A stretch of 64,000 bases of DNA from NCBI GenBank assembly GCA_964479165.1, contig CAYZJO010000001.1, forward strand, positions 829,218 through 893,217, in the 5' to 3' direction. Positions 8,685 through 16,954 of the stretch are shown here, piece by piece. The first letter of the stretch is position 1. Each line of letters opens with the position of its first letter. The notes under the pieces were generated by a model, which was not told where the DNA came from, searched no databases, and saw only the letters and a program-made list of their open reading frames with translations. Both the position numbers and the translations under genes were made by a program. The DNA is from an uncultured Dehalococcoidaceae bacterium. GTDB lineage: Bacteria; Chloroflexota; Dehalococcoidia; UBA2979.

Positions 8685-9500
8685 TTGGTGGTGGTCATAG
8701 CATCTGCGTGTTCTGCTCGGGGCGACGAACTAGACGTAGCGTCGGTGCAGGAAGTCCTCGATGCCGACGTTCTTGCAGTGGTTGGACACAGCGGCGAGGT
8801 TCGGTACGCGTTGTTCCTGGGCACTGTCGGCGGATCCGGCCCCGCCGACGTTGTGGCTTTCGATGCGCGCGACCCGTCCTCGCAGTGCTTGCTGCAGTGG
8901 GAGACCGAGGTCCCCTTCGAAGGAAGGAGCGCGTACTTCCGCGATCCGTGTCTGGGTTCCGTCTATGCCTCGGATGGAGCCCGATTGTTTGGCCCCTCTG
9001 CTAGCGATCTGAAGGAGGTCGCCACGTCGATCTCTGATGGGCGCGTACGAGTTCTAGAAGGCGATTTGCCCCCCACCCCACCGGACGCCATGTCGCATAC
9101 GCCATCCGTTGCCGTTACTCTGCTCATGGAAGCAAGGCGTGCTCAGATCACCGAGATCGTCTTCGATCTTCTCAGCGACGACCTCCTAGAGCATGCAATC
9201 GCTGGGTCGTCGGACGCGCGGCTTTTTCCCCGGAGCCGCTACTGCTGGTTCGACTATCAACTCGATGTGCTCGAGTCCCGGGACGACGCAATGTCGTTCG
9301 TGGTCCGCGTCTATCAGCACCATCTCGAAGGGGATATCGTTGGCGGCGTCCCGACGTCTTGGATCGAGGAAATCGACGTCGAGAAAGCCTCTGATTCCTG
9401 GGTCGTCACGGGGCTCCGTGTTCAATCTACTCCACGCCCCGAGACGGACGTGCGACACGGTCCTTCGCTCTCCGCGTGCGTCGCGCTCGTAGGAGAATAG
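8685..9500 (+). CDS. hypothetical protein (island gene C)
   Basis: First possible start is TTG; an upstream in-frame stop lies at 8613. N-terminus VVVIASAC is a weak lipobox. No recognised domain. Confidence 0.45.
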   Translation: MVVVIASACSARGDELDVASVQEVLDADVLAVVGHSGEVRYALFLGTVGGSGPADVVAFDARDPSSQCLLQWETEVPFEGRSAYFRDPCLGSVYASDGARLFGPSASDLKEVATSISDGRVRVLEGDLPPTPPDAMSHTPSVAVTLLMEARRAQITEIVFDLLSDDLLEHAIAGSSDARLFPRSRYCWFDYQLDVLESRDDAMSFVVRVYQHHLEGDIVGGVPTSWIEEIDVEKASDSWVVTGLRVQSTPRPETDVRHGPSLSACVALVGE

Positions 9501-9556
9501 GCGCTCTCGCGAGACAGCTATTCGATCTCCGATGCGCTGAACCGTCTCAGTGCCCC

Positions 9557-10246
9557 TCACTCGTAGAGCCTCAGGTGGCTCCCCCGCGTCACCCCGAGCT
9601 GCTCCGCGAGCCACTCCACCACCAGCGCACGCACCTCCTCCCGCACCTGGCGCAGGCTGTGGGTGGCGCCCTCGAGGAGCTCGAGGCGGCGCGGGTCGCC
9701 GGCGCGTTCGTAGAGGAGGCGTGAGCAATCGGCGGGGAGGCGCTGGTCCGCGAGTCCGTGGATGAACAGCGTCGGGATGGGCGCGAGCAGCCCGACGCGC
9801 TGCGCCCCCGCGGTCTGCGTCGCGAGCGTGGCGACGGCCGCCACGCGTGGCGCGCGGCCCTTCGTCTGCACAGCTGCCTCGATCATGACCGCGCCGCCGA
9901 AGGAGTGGCCGAGGAGTCCGACGCGCTGCACGCCCTCGGATGCGAGGTACTCGAGGCCCGCGCGGACGTCGTGGACGCCGGCCTCGACGATGCCGGGAAA
10001 CCGGTGGTCGCGGAAGTCGAGGCGCAGCGTGCCGATGCCGATGCCGGCGAGGTCTTCGGCAAGGTCGGGGTACAGCGCAGACGGACCGTCGAGCCCGCCG
10101 TCACCGCCTCCGACCATGATCACGGCGGCGCTGCCAGCGGCTGACTTCGAGGGCATGTGGAGCGCGCACGAGATCGGCCCGCGCTCTGACGGTACTTCGA
10201 TGAGGCGTCCCGAGTTTCCTGCCGCGGGGGTCAGCGACTCGTTCAT
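9557..10246 (-). CDS. alpha/beta hydrolase (dienelactone-hydrolase-like)
   Basis: Internal ATG (MNESLTP) forms an ATGA overlap with the stop of the upstream MpaB-like gene. Nucleophile elbow GHSFGG. Confidence 0.75.
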   Translation of the reverse strand: MNESLTPAAGNSGRLIEVPSERGPISCALHMPSKSAAGSAAVIMVGGGDGGLDGPSALYPDLAEDLAGIGIGTLRLDFRDHRFPGIVEAGVHDVRAGLEYLASEGVQRVGLLGHSFGGAVMIEAAVQTKGRAPRVAAVATLATQTAGAQRVGLLAPIPTLFIHGLADQRLPADCSRLLYERAGDPRRLELLEGATHSLRQVREEVRALVVEWLAEQLGVTRGSHLRLYE

Positions 10247-11040
10247 CGGTTGGGGGAGATTATCACTTGCGAAATCGGCGCGACTACCTCGCCGTGTGGC
10301 CTCGGAGGCATGACCAGCGCCGGTGGGCGCCGCAGCGGGACCGGCAGTCGCGGCACCGCCGCGCGCGAGGCCGCCTCGAGTGCCGCCAGCATGCGCGCGT
10401 CGATGGCGGTCCACCGGAGGCCGTACGCCTCGCGGAGACGAGGCGGCAGCAGTCCGGCGGTGAACCAGGCTGCGCTCTGCAGCCCCGGGCCGAGCCAGAG
10501 GTCCGGGGCGAAGACGGCGCGAGCGAGCCGCCTCGAGACCGCACCCACCTCGAGGGTCGCGACCATGCCCGCGACATAAGCATCGAAGGCGTCGAGGTCG
10601 GGCGGGAGTGCGGAGGCGGGCAGCCCGATTAGCTCCACCATGTCCGCGATCTCGAGGTAGTAGCGCTCGGCCTCGGCATGTGAGAGGGGGCGCACGAAGC
10701 GTCGATACGCCTGCAGCGAACTGTCGACGAGCGTGGCGTGCACCCAGAGCAGCAGGGCAGGGTCGTTCGCCGTGTAGCCGGGGCCGGAGACGTAGTCGTG
10801 AGCATGTCGGATGCCGGCCGCCGCACTACGTGCCTGCCGCTCGTCGCCGAAGACGATGGCGTACGTCGGGCGCAGCGTGCGCAGCAGCCGCCCGAGGCGG
10901 TCACCCTCGAAGCCGCTGTGCTGGTCGACGCCGGCGGCCACGAGGGGATGCGCCAGCTGCATCAGCAGCGCGCGCCCGCCTCCGAGCAACAGCGCGGACT
11001 CGCCGTTGATGCGGCGCACTATCGAGTCGTCGCGGAACAT
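10243..11040 (-). CDS. oxygenase MpaB family / DUF2236 protein
   Basis: Start at MFRDDSIVRRINGESALLLGGGRALLMQLAHP, typical of the MpaB/DUF2236 N-terminus. The longer track ORF to 11130 has no support. Confidence 0.65.
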   Translation of the reverse strand: MFRDDSIVRRINGESALLLGGGRALLMQLAHPLVAAGVDQHSGFEGDRLGRLLRTLRPTYAIVFGDERQARSAAAGIRHAHDYVSGPGYTANDPALLLWVHATLVDSSLQAYRRFVRPLSHAEAERYYLEIADMVELIGLPASALPPDLDAFDAYVAGMVATLEVGAVSRRLARAVFAPDLWLGPGLQSAAWFTAGLLPPRLREAYGLRWTAIDARMLAALEAASRAAVPRLPVPLRRPPALVMPPRPHGEVVAPISQVIISPNR

Positions 11041-11259
11041 CGAGGACGATCGTAGCGGGACCCTCACCCTGGCCCTCTCCCCCGAGGGGAGGGGACCGGA
11101 CCCGGAGTGGGGACGTGCCGACGGACACACGTGGTTCTGCTCCCGGGGCGGCGGCTGCTGGCCTTCGAGCCTTGCGTCGCTGGCGGATAATCGGCTGGCG
11201 GCGGCATCACGGACGCAGTGTCCACCGCAGTCCGCCGCGCCTCAGGGAGGGGTGACGCG

Positions 11260-12138
11260 ATGCCGACTGCGCCAATCAACGGCACGGACATCTACTACGA
11301 GACGCACGGCAGCGGGTTCCCGCTGGTCTTCGTGCACGGCGGCTTCGGAGGGCTGGGCACGGGGCAGGGCGGCAACGTCCCGGCTTGGGTCGACAAGTTC
11401 GCCCAGCACTTCCAGGTGATCCTCTACGACCGCCGCTCGTCCGGCCGCTCGGGCTTCCCCGAGACGCAGCACACGATGGTGCAGTTCGCCGACGACATCC
11501 GCGAGCTGCTGCGACACCTCGGGCACGACAAGGCGCACGTCTGGGGGACGAGCGCCGGCGGCCAGATCACGATCGCGTTCGGCCTGAAGCACCCCGACGC
11601 GGCCGCGAGTCTCGTCGTCGTCGACTCGGCGCCGTGGCTCTCGCGGGATCCGGACCTCCTCGGCAAGCTCAAGGAGCGCATCGGCATCATGGAGTCGCAG
11701 GGCGTCGAGGCGGCCTACGAGGCACGGCGCGAGGGTGGCACGGTTGGCCTCAACCTCTTCGCCGCGGCGCGCCCGGCGCAGTCCGAGGAAGAGGAGAAGC
11801 AGCGCGCCGAGCGTCGCGCGGCGATCCAGGCGCAGTTGGCACAGGTCCCGCGCGAGGAGCGCATCGCGAAGTACGGCAGCGAGCTGCGCACGTACTCCGC
11901 CTATGCCGACTGGGACGCCACCGACTGGTTCAAGAACCTCGCGATGCCGGTCCTCGTGGTCTACGGCACGGGCGACACCGTCTTCCCGAACGCCGGTTGG
12001 GATGAACTCGTCGAGGGCATGTCCAACGTGACGTACCGTGCCATCGAGGGCGCCGAGCACGGCGTCACCGGTGAGCACCCCGAGGTCCTCGACGAGATCC
12101 TCGAGTTCGCGCGGGAGCACACGCCCGTCACGGCGTAG
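11260..12138 (+). CDS. alpha/beta hydrolase fold protein
   Basis: GGGAGGGG RBS. HGGFGG oxyanion region and GTSAGG nucleophile elbow. Confidence 0.8.
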   Translation: MPTAPINGTDIYYETHGSGFPLVFVHGGFGGLGTGQGGNVPAWVDKFAQHFQVILYDRRSSGRSGFPETQHTMVQFADDIRELLRHLGHDKAHVWGTSAGGQITIAFGLKHPDAAASLVVVDSAPWLSRDPDLLGKLKERIGIMESQGVEAAYEARREGGTVGLNLFAAARPAQSEEEEKQRAERRAAIQAQLAQVPREERIAKYGSELRTYSAYADWDATDWFKNLAMPVLVVYGTGDTVFPNAGWDELVEGMSNVTYRAIEGAEHGVTGEHPEVLDEILEFAREHTPVTA

Positions 12139-12164
12139 GGGCTGCACCGCGACTTGAATGCGAG

Positions 12165-13466
12165 TCAACGCCGGGCCGGCGGCTCGAGGCGGGTGTCACC
12201 ACTCGTCGCGACCGCCGGCTCAGTCGTTCCCGGGGCGAGCCGCCCAGCCGCGAGCCCGGCGAGCGCTGTGGTGATCGGAACCGCCGCCACGATGCCGATG
12301 CTCCCGACGAGCGTCCGGACAACCTCCGTCGCGATCACGTCTCGGTTGACCAGCGTCCCGAGTGGCTCGGCGCCCGACGCGAGGATGATGAGCAGCGGCA
12401 ACGACGCGCCGGCGTAGGCCAGGACGAGCGTGTTCACCGTCGAGGCGATGTGATCACGGCCGACGCGCATGCCTCGGTGGTACAGCTCGCGCGTGCCGAG
12501 CAGCGGGTTCGCGCGCCGCAATTCGAAGACGGACGAGGCCTGCGCCATCGTGACGTCGTCGAGCACCCCCAGCGCGCCGATGATGATGCCGCCCAGCAGC
12601 AGCCCGCGGGCATCGATCGTCCCGGTCGACAGGATCTGGAGCGTGGCCGCCTCGTCGGTCGCGATACCCGTCAGTTTGGCGAAGCCGATGCCGAACCCCG
12701 CGAGCAGCGCCGTCAACAGCAGTGCGGCGGTCGTCCCGGCGAGAGCCACGACCGTCTTCCATCCGACACCGTGTGCGATGAAGAGCGTTGTCGACATGAT
12801 CACCATCGAACCCGTGATCGCGATCATCAATGGGTCGAATCCGGCGAGGATCGCGGGCACGATGTACCGCACGATGACGAGGAATGACGCGCCCAGTCCG
12901 ACGAGCGACGCCAGTCCGTGCCAGCGGCCGATCGCGAGCACCGCACCAGCGAACGCGAGCGTGAGCACCCAGAGCGGGAAGCGCCGCACGTGGTCGGAGA
13001 TGAAGTAACGCGGCCCCTCCGGCGTCTCCGAGATCGAGAGCAGCACCAGGTCGCCGGGTTGCGGGTCGATCCCGACGAGGTCGTCGAGGCGGCGCGTCAC
13101 GTCGATCACCGTGCGCTCCCCACCGTCGAGGGCGACCTCGATGCGCTCGTTCACGACCGTTCGGCCTGCAGACTCGAAGCGCTCGACCTCCTCGATCGAG
13201 ATCACGGTGGCCTCGGTGGTGGGCAGCACCTCGAAGCCGGCGTCCGGCAGGTCGAAGGCGCCGGTTGCCGGGAGGACGACCGTCACCACGAGAAGTAGCG
13301 CGGCGATCGCGGCGTAGGCGGCCGCCCGTGCGAGGCCGCGTGAGCTCGCGATCGCTGTCAGGGGGGATGTCACTCGTGGCAGTCTCGCGGGTGGCGCGGT
13401 CCCGCGCCAGTTCGCCTGAAGCCGCCTCCGCGTTAGGATGAGGCGCAGCGGGGGCGGCTCATGCAA
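12165..13466 (-). CDS. YibE/F family membrane protein
   Basis: Periplasmic N-domain followed by about 8 TM helices with the characteristic GxxxG-rich C-terminal half. Start is uncertain; a GTG at about 13373 is possible. Confidence 0.75.
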   Translation of the reverse strand: MHEPPPLRLILTRRRLQANWRGTAPPARLPRVTSPLTAIASSRGLARAAAYAAIAALLLVVTVVLPATGAFDLPDAGFEVLPTTEATVISIEEVERFESAGRTVVNERIEVALDGGERTVIDVTRRLDDLVGIDPQPGDLVLLSISETPEGPRYFISDHVRRFPLWVLTLAFAGAVLAIGRWHGLASLVGLGASFLVIVRYIVPAILAGFDPLMIAITGSMVIMSTTLFIAHGVGWKTVVALAGTTAALLLTALLAGFGIGFAKLTGIATDEAATLQILSTGTIDARGLLLGGIIIGALGVLDDVTMAQASSVFELRRANPLLGTRELYHRGMRVGRDHIASTVNTLVLAYAGASLPLLIILASGAEPLGTLVNRDVIATEVVRTLVGSIGIVAAVPITTALAGLAAGRLAPGTTEPAVATSGDTRLEPPARR

Positions 13467-14510
13467 CTCAGCATCCTCGATCAGTCACCGATCCGCGCGG
13501 GGGGCACGGCGCGCGAGGCCGTCCTCGCGACGATCGAACTCGCAAAGGCGGCGGATCGCCTCGGGTATACGCGCTACTGGCTCGCGGAGCACCACAACAG
13601 CAGCACCCTCGCGAGCGCCAGCCCCGAGATCCTGATCGCACAGATCGCTGCAGTCACCTCGCGCATCCGCGTCGGGTCCGGCGGGGTGATGCTCACGCAC
13701 TACGCCGCGCTGAAAGTCGCCGAGACCTTCCGCATGCTCGAGACGCTGCACCCGGGACGCATCGACCTCGGGCTCGGACGCGCTCCGGGCAGCGACGGCC
13801 TGACGGCTGCCGCGCTGCGCAACGGCCCCGGCGCTCTGCCGCTTGAGGCGTACCCGCAGCAGGTCGCGGACACTGTTGGCTACCTCGTGGGCGACCTGCC
13901 CGAGGGGCACCCGTTCTCGGCGGTGCGCGCGTCGCCTCGAGGACCCGGCGTGCCGGAGACGTGGCTCCTGGGCTCATCGTGGGACAGCGCTCACTTTGCT
14001 GCGGAGCTGGGCCTCGCGTTCTCGTTCGCGCAGTTCATCAGCCCGGACGGCGGGCCACGGGTGGTGGCGGACTACCGTAAGCGCTTCAAGCCTTCGCCGT
14101 GGCTCAGCGAGCCGCGCGTCACCGTCGGGGTGTCCGCGCTCGTCGCGGAAACCGACGAGGAGGCGCACCGCATCGGCATGAGCCGCCATCTGATGCGATT
14201 GCGGCGTCAGCAGGGCCGGTCCAGTCCCGGCGTACCCACCATCGAGGACGCGCTCAATACCGCGTACTCCGAGCCCGAGCTCGACTACATCAGGTACCAG
14301 CAGAGCCTCTCGCTGGAGGGGAGCCCCGAACGCGTCCGCGAGGGCCTGCTTGCGATCGCCGCGGAGTACGAGACCGACGAGTTGATCGTCGTGACCATCA
14401 CTCACGACTACGCGGACCGCCTCAGGTCTTACGAACTGCTCGCGCAAGCGTTCGACCTGCCGGTCGACGCGGAGAGCGCCGAGATCGCGGGGCAACCCGC
14501 CGCTCCTTAG
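13461..14510 (+). CDS. LLM-class flavin-dependent oxidoreductase (luciferase-like monooxygenase family)
   Basis: MQLSILDQSP...YTRYWLAEHHNS N-terminal signature of F420/FMN-dependent LLM enzymes. Confidence 0.85.
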   Translation: MQLSILDQSPIRAGGTAREAVLATIELAKAADRLGYTRYWLAEHHNSSTLASASPEILIAQIAAVTSRIRVGSGGVMLTHYAALKVAETFRMLETLHPGRIDLGLGRAPGSDGLTAAALRNGPGALPLEAYPQQVADTVGYLVGDLPEGHPFSAVRASPRGPGVPETWLLGSSWDSAHFAAELGLAFSFAQFISPDGGPRVVADYRKRFKPSPWLSEPRVTVGVSALVAETDEEAHRIGMSRHLMRLRRQQGRSSPGVPTIEDALNTAYSEPELDYIRYQQSLSLEGSPERVREGLLAIAAEYETDELIVVTITHDYADRLRSYELLAQAFDLPVDAESAEIAGQPAAP

Positions 14511-14629
14511 GATGACCTTCGGAAGCCCGTTGCATCCGCAACGTTAGGGCAATCCCCGATACGCGATCAGGTCGATCCGGGCCACGCTGTTCCCCTCAGT
14601 GAGATGATCTCAGTAAGAGGAGCAGCGTC

Positions 14630-14815
14630 ATGGCTGCCCAACGACTCTACGAACCGCCCCAGCGTCCGCGCCCGACCGTAGCCGAACGTTTGTCGGGGCA
14701 ACTTATCGTCCTGGAGCCGCGGGGACGCCTTCTTCGAGGCACGGCGATCGCCGTCGTCCTGTCCGTAGCGGGGTTCTGGACGCCGCTCGCGCTCCTCGCG
14801 GCGCGCCTCAGCTAG
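14630..14815 (+). CDS. small hypothetical protein (61 aa) with a C-terminal hydrophobic segment
   Basis: Strong RBS AAGAGGAG 8 nt upstream of ATG. Convergent with otsA, overlapping its 3' end by 4 nt. Confidence 0.3.
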   Translation: MAAQRLYEPPQRPRPTVAERLSGQLIVLEPRGRLLRGTAIAVVLSVAGFWTPLALLAARLS

Positions 14816-16143
14816 CCGCTCGTTCGCTCCGCCGCGGCTGACGCGAGCGCTTCGAGGTAGCGTCGCCGCCACTCGTGCACCGTGTTCGCCTCGACCCCTG
14901 AACTCAGCGCCGCCCAGCGCTGCCGGCGCTCCTCAAGCGGCATCGCGAGCGCCTGCTCCATCGCTGCCTCGAGTACCTCGACGTCACCAGCAGGGACGAT
15001 CAGCGCCTCACGCATCCGCTCGGCAGCGCCACAACCATCGGAGAGGATGAGCACGCCGGGCCGCTCAGGGCGCTGGAGAGCGACGTACTCCTTCGCGACG
15101 AGGTTCATCCCGTCCGAGAACGAGGTCACGAGGCAGACCTCCGCGTCGCGGAGGCCGGCGGCGACGGTCTCCAGTGGCAGCGTGGTCAGCTCGAAGCGCA
15201 CCGGCTCGCCGTCGTGCGACTCATTTGCGTGGTCGACGAGGCGCTCGATGGCAGCGCGCTCGGCGGCATACTCCGCGATGCCGGTCCGCGACGGGGCCGC
15301 CCACTGGACGAGGACTGCCCCAACGCGTGCGTCTGCCGAGCGCGTCAGCAACCGCTCGAACGCCTCGACCCGCTGGCCGATGCCCTTGCTGTAATCCAGG
15401 CGGTCCGCACCGAGGAGCACCTGCCTCCCGCGCCGGTACTCCTCGAATGGATCGCCCGGGTGACGCGCCGCCGAGGCACGTACGCGCTCGGGGTCGATGC
15501 CGATGGGGTGCGCCTCGATCCGTGCGCCGGGCGCGAGGCGTCGAAGGGTCGCGGCGTCGCGCTCGGTTTGGACTCCCACGAGGTTGTATGCGGCGAGGGA
15601 CTCCGCGATGGCCTCGGCGCCGGGGACGAGACGCCAGCCCTCCTCGTTTACCGGGATGTGGTGGAAGTAGCCGAGCGCGCCCTCCCATCCCAGGCGCCGC
15701 AACTCCGAGCCGAGTGGGAGCAGGTGGTAGTCGTGCACCCAGATGACGTCGCCGTCTTCGCAGAGCTCCGCCACCTCGCGCGCATAACGCCGATTCACCT
15801 CGAGCCAGGTGTCGTGGTAGCCGGGCTCGATGTCCGCGCGGTCGAGGAAGCCGTGCAGCAGTGGCCAGAGGACGCTGTTGCTGAAGCCCTCGTAGAAGCC
15901 GCGGATCTCCTCGGGGGAGAGGTCGATCGTCGCGTACTCGACGTTGTGCTCGGTGCGCCGGACCGGAGTGGACTGGGCAGTGCCTTCGCGGCCGCTCCAG
16001 CCAAACCAGAGCCCGCCCGCCTGCTCGAGCGCCGGAAGCACGGCGGCAACCAGGCCACCGGCCGGCGGGGGCGTGTTGGGATCGGGCGGTGGAGGCACCC
16101 GGTTCGAGATGACGACGAGACGACGGCTCGCCGCGTCAGTCAC
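14812..16143 (-). CDS. otsA: alpha,alpha-trehalose-phosphate synthase (GT20)
   Basis: GTG start (VTDAASRRLVVISNRVPP) forms a GTGACTGA overlap with the otsB stop. GT20 blocks VLWPLLHGF and DYHLLPL. The track ORF extension to 16581 lies inside otsB and is rejected. Confidence 0.9.
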   Translation of the reverse strand: MTDAASRRLVVISNRVPPPPDPNTPPPAGGLVAAVLPALEQAGGLWFGWSGREGTAQSTPVRRTEHNVEYATIDLSPEEIRGFYEGFSNSVLWPLLHGFLDRADIEPGYHDTWLEVNRRYAREVAELCEDGDVIWVHDYHLLPLGSELRRLGWEGALGYFHHIPVNEEGWRLVPGAEAIAESLAAYNLVGVQTERDAATLRRLAPGARIEAHPIGIDPERVRASAARHPGDPFEEYRRGRQVLLGADRLDYSKGIGQRVEAFERLLTRSADARVGAVLVQWAAPSRTGIAEYAAERAAIERLVDHANESHDGEPVRFELTTLPLETVAAGLRDAEVCLVTSFSDGMNLVAKEYVALQRPERPGVLILSDGCGAAERMREALIVPAGDVEVLEAAMEQALAMPLEERRQRWAALSSGVEANTVHEWRRRYLEALASAAAERTSG

Positions 16144-16945
16144 TGCGTGACTCCGCCGCCTGGAGCCACTCCTGCAGGAACACGAGTACCTCGGGGTAGT
16201 TGAGCCGCGCCAGCGCGGCGGTGGAGCGGTCGTGCTCCGAGACGAGGATCGGCAGCCCGCGCCCGCCGGCGGCAAGGAGCGCGAGGAAGGCGTCCTCGTC
16301 CGTCTCGTCGTCGCCGAGGTAGGCGACCGGAGCGTTCGGCATGGAGTCGAGGAGCTCGCGCATGGCGTCGCCCTTGTTCCGTCCGGGGTGGCGCAGCTCG
16401 AGGCCGCCGTCGAACGGACGCAGGTCGAGGCCGACTTCTTCAGCCAGATCGCGCCAGCGCCTGCCCACGCGCGACTCGAGACGTTCCTGCTCGGCGTCGC
16501 TGAGCCCGCGCCAATGGAGGGCGAGGGCAGCCGACTTCCGCTCGAGGTGTTCGCCCAGGCCCTCCTCGAGCAGCCGTGCATACTCCTCGGCCACGCACGT
16601 GAGGACGGACTGCGGGATGACCCAGTCGTCCCGGGTCCCGTCCTCCAGACGGTGCTCCCAGCCGTGCACGCCGTACATCTCCGGCAGGGGCTCGATCTCC
16701 ACCATGGTCTCGAGGTCGGCGATCGGGCGGCCCGAGACGACGACGAGGCGGGTGGCTCGGGTTCGTCTCAGTTGGCCCAGCACCGGCAGCAGTTGCGGGG
16801 ATATGCGCGCTTCCATCCGTTCCGCGCGGAATGGCGCGAGCGTGCCATCGAAGTCGAGCGCGAGGAGGCTCGGTCCCGAGGCGACGCGTGGCAGGAACTC
16901 CGCGATCGCTCGCCGGCGTTCCTGCTCCGTGGCTCGCTGGTGCAT
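16136..16945 (-). CDS. otsB: trehalose-phosphate phosphatase (HAD family)
   Basis: LALDFDGTLAP HAD motif I and GDDETDEDAF motif IV. Confidence 0.85.
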   Translation of the reverse strand: MHQRATEQERRRAIAEFLPRVASGPSLLALDFDGTLAPFRAERMEARISPQLLPVLGQLRRTRATRLVVVSGRPIADLETMVEIEPLPEMYGVHGWEHRLEDGTRDDWVIPQSVLTCVAEEYARLLEEGLGEHLERKSAALALHWRGLSDAEQERLESRVGRRWRDLAEEVGLDLRPFDGGLELRHPGRNKGDAMRELLDSMPNAPVAYLGDDETDEDAFLALLAAGGRGLPILVSEHDRSTAALARLNYPEVLVFLQEWLQAAESRSD

Positions 16946-16954
16946 CGTGACCCG

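Noticed and set aside
6750-9530. Prophage or integrative element call for the low-GC island
   Set aside because: No integrase, transposase, tRNA attachment site or flanking direct repeats are visible. It is kept as a compositional island only.
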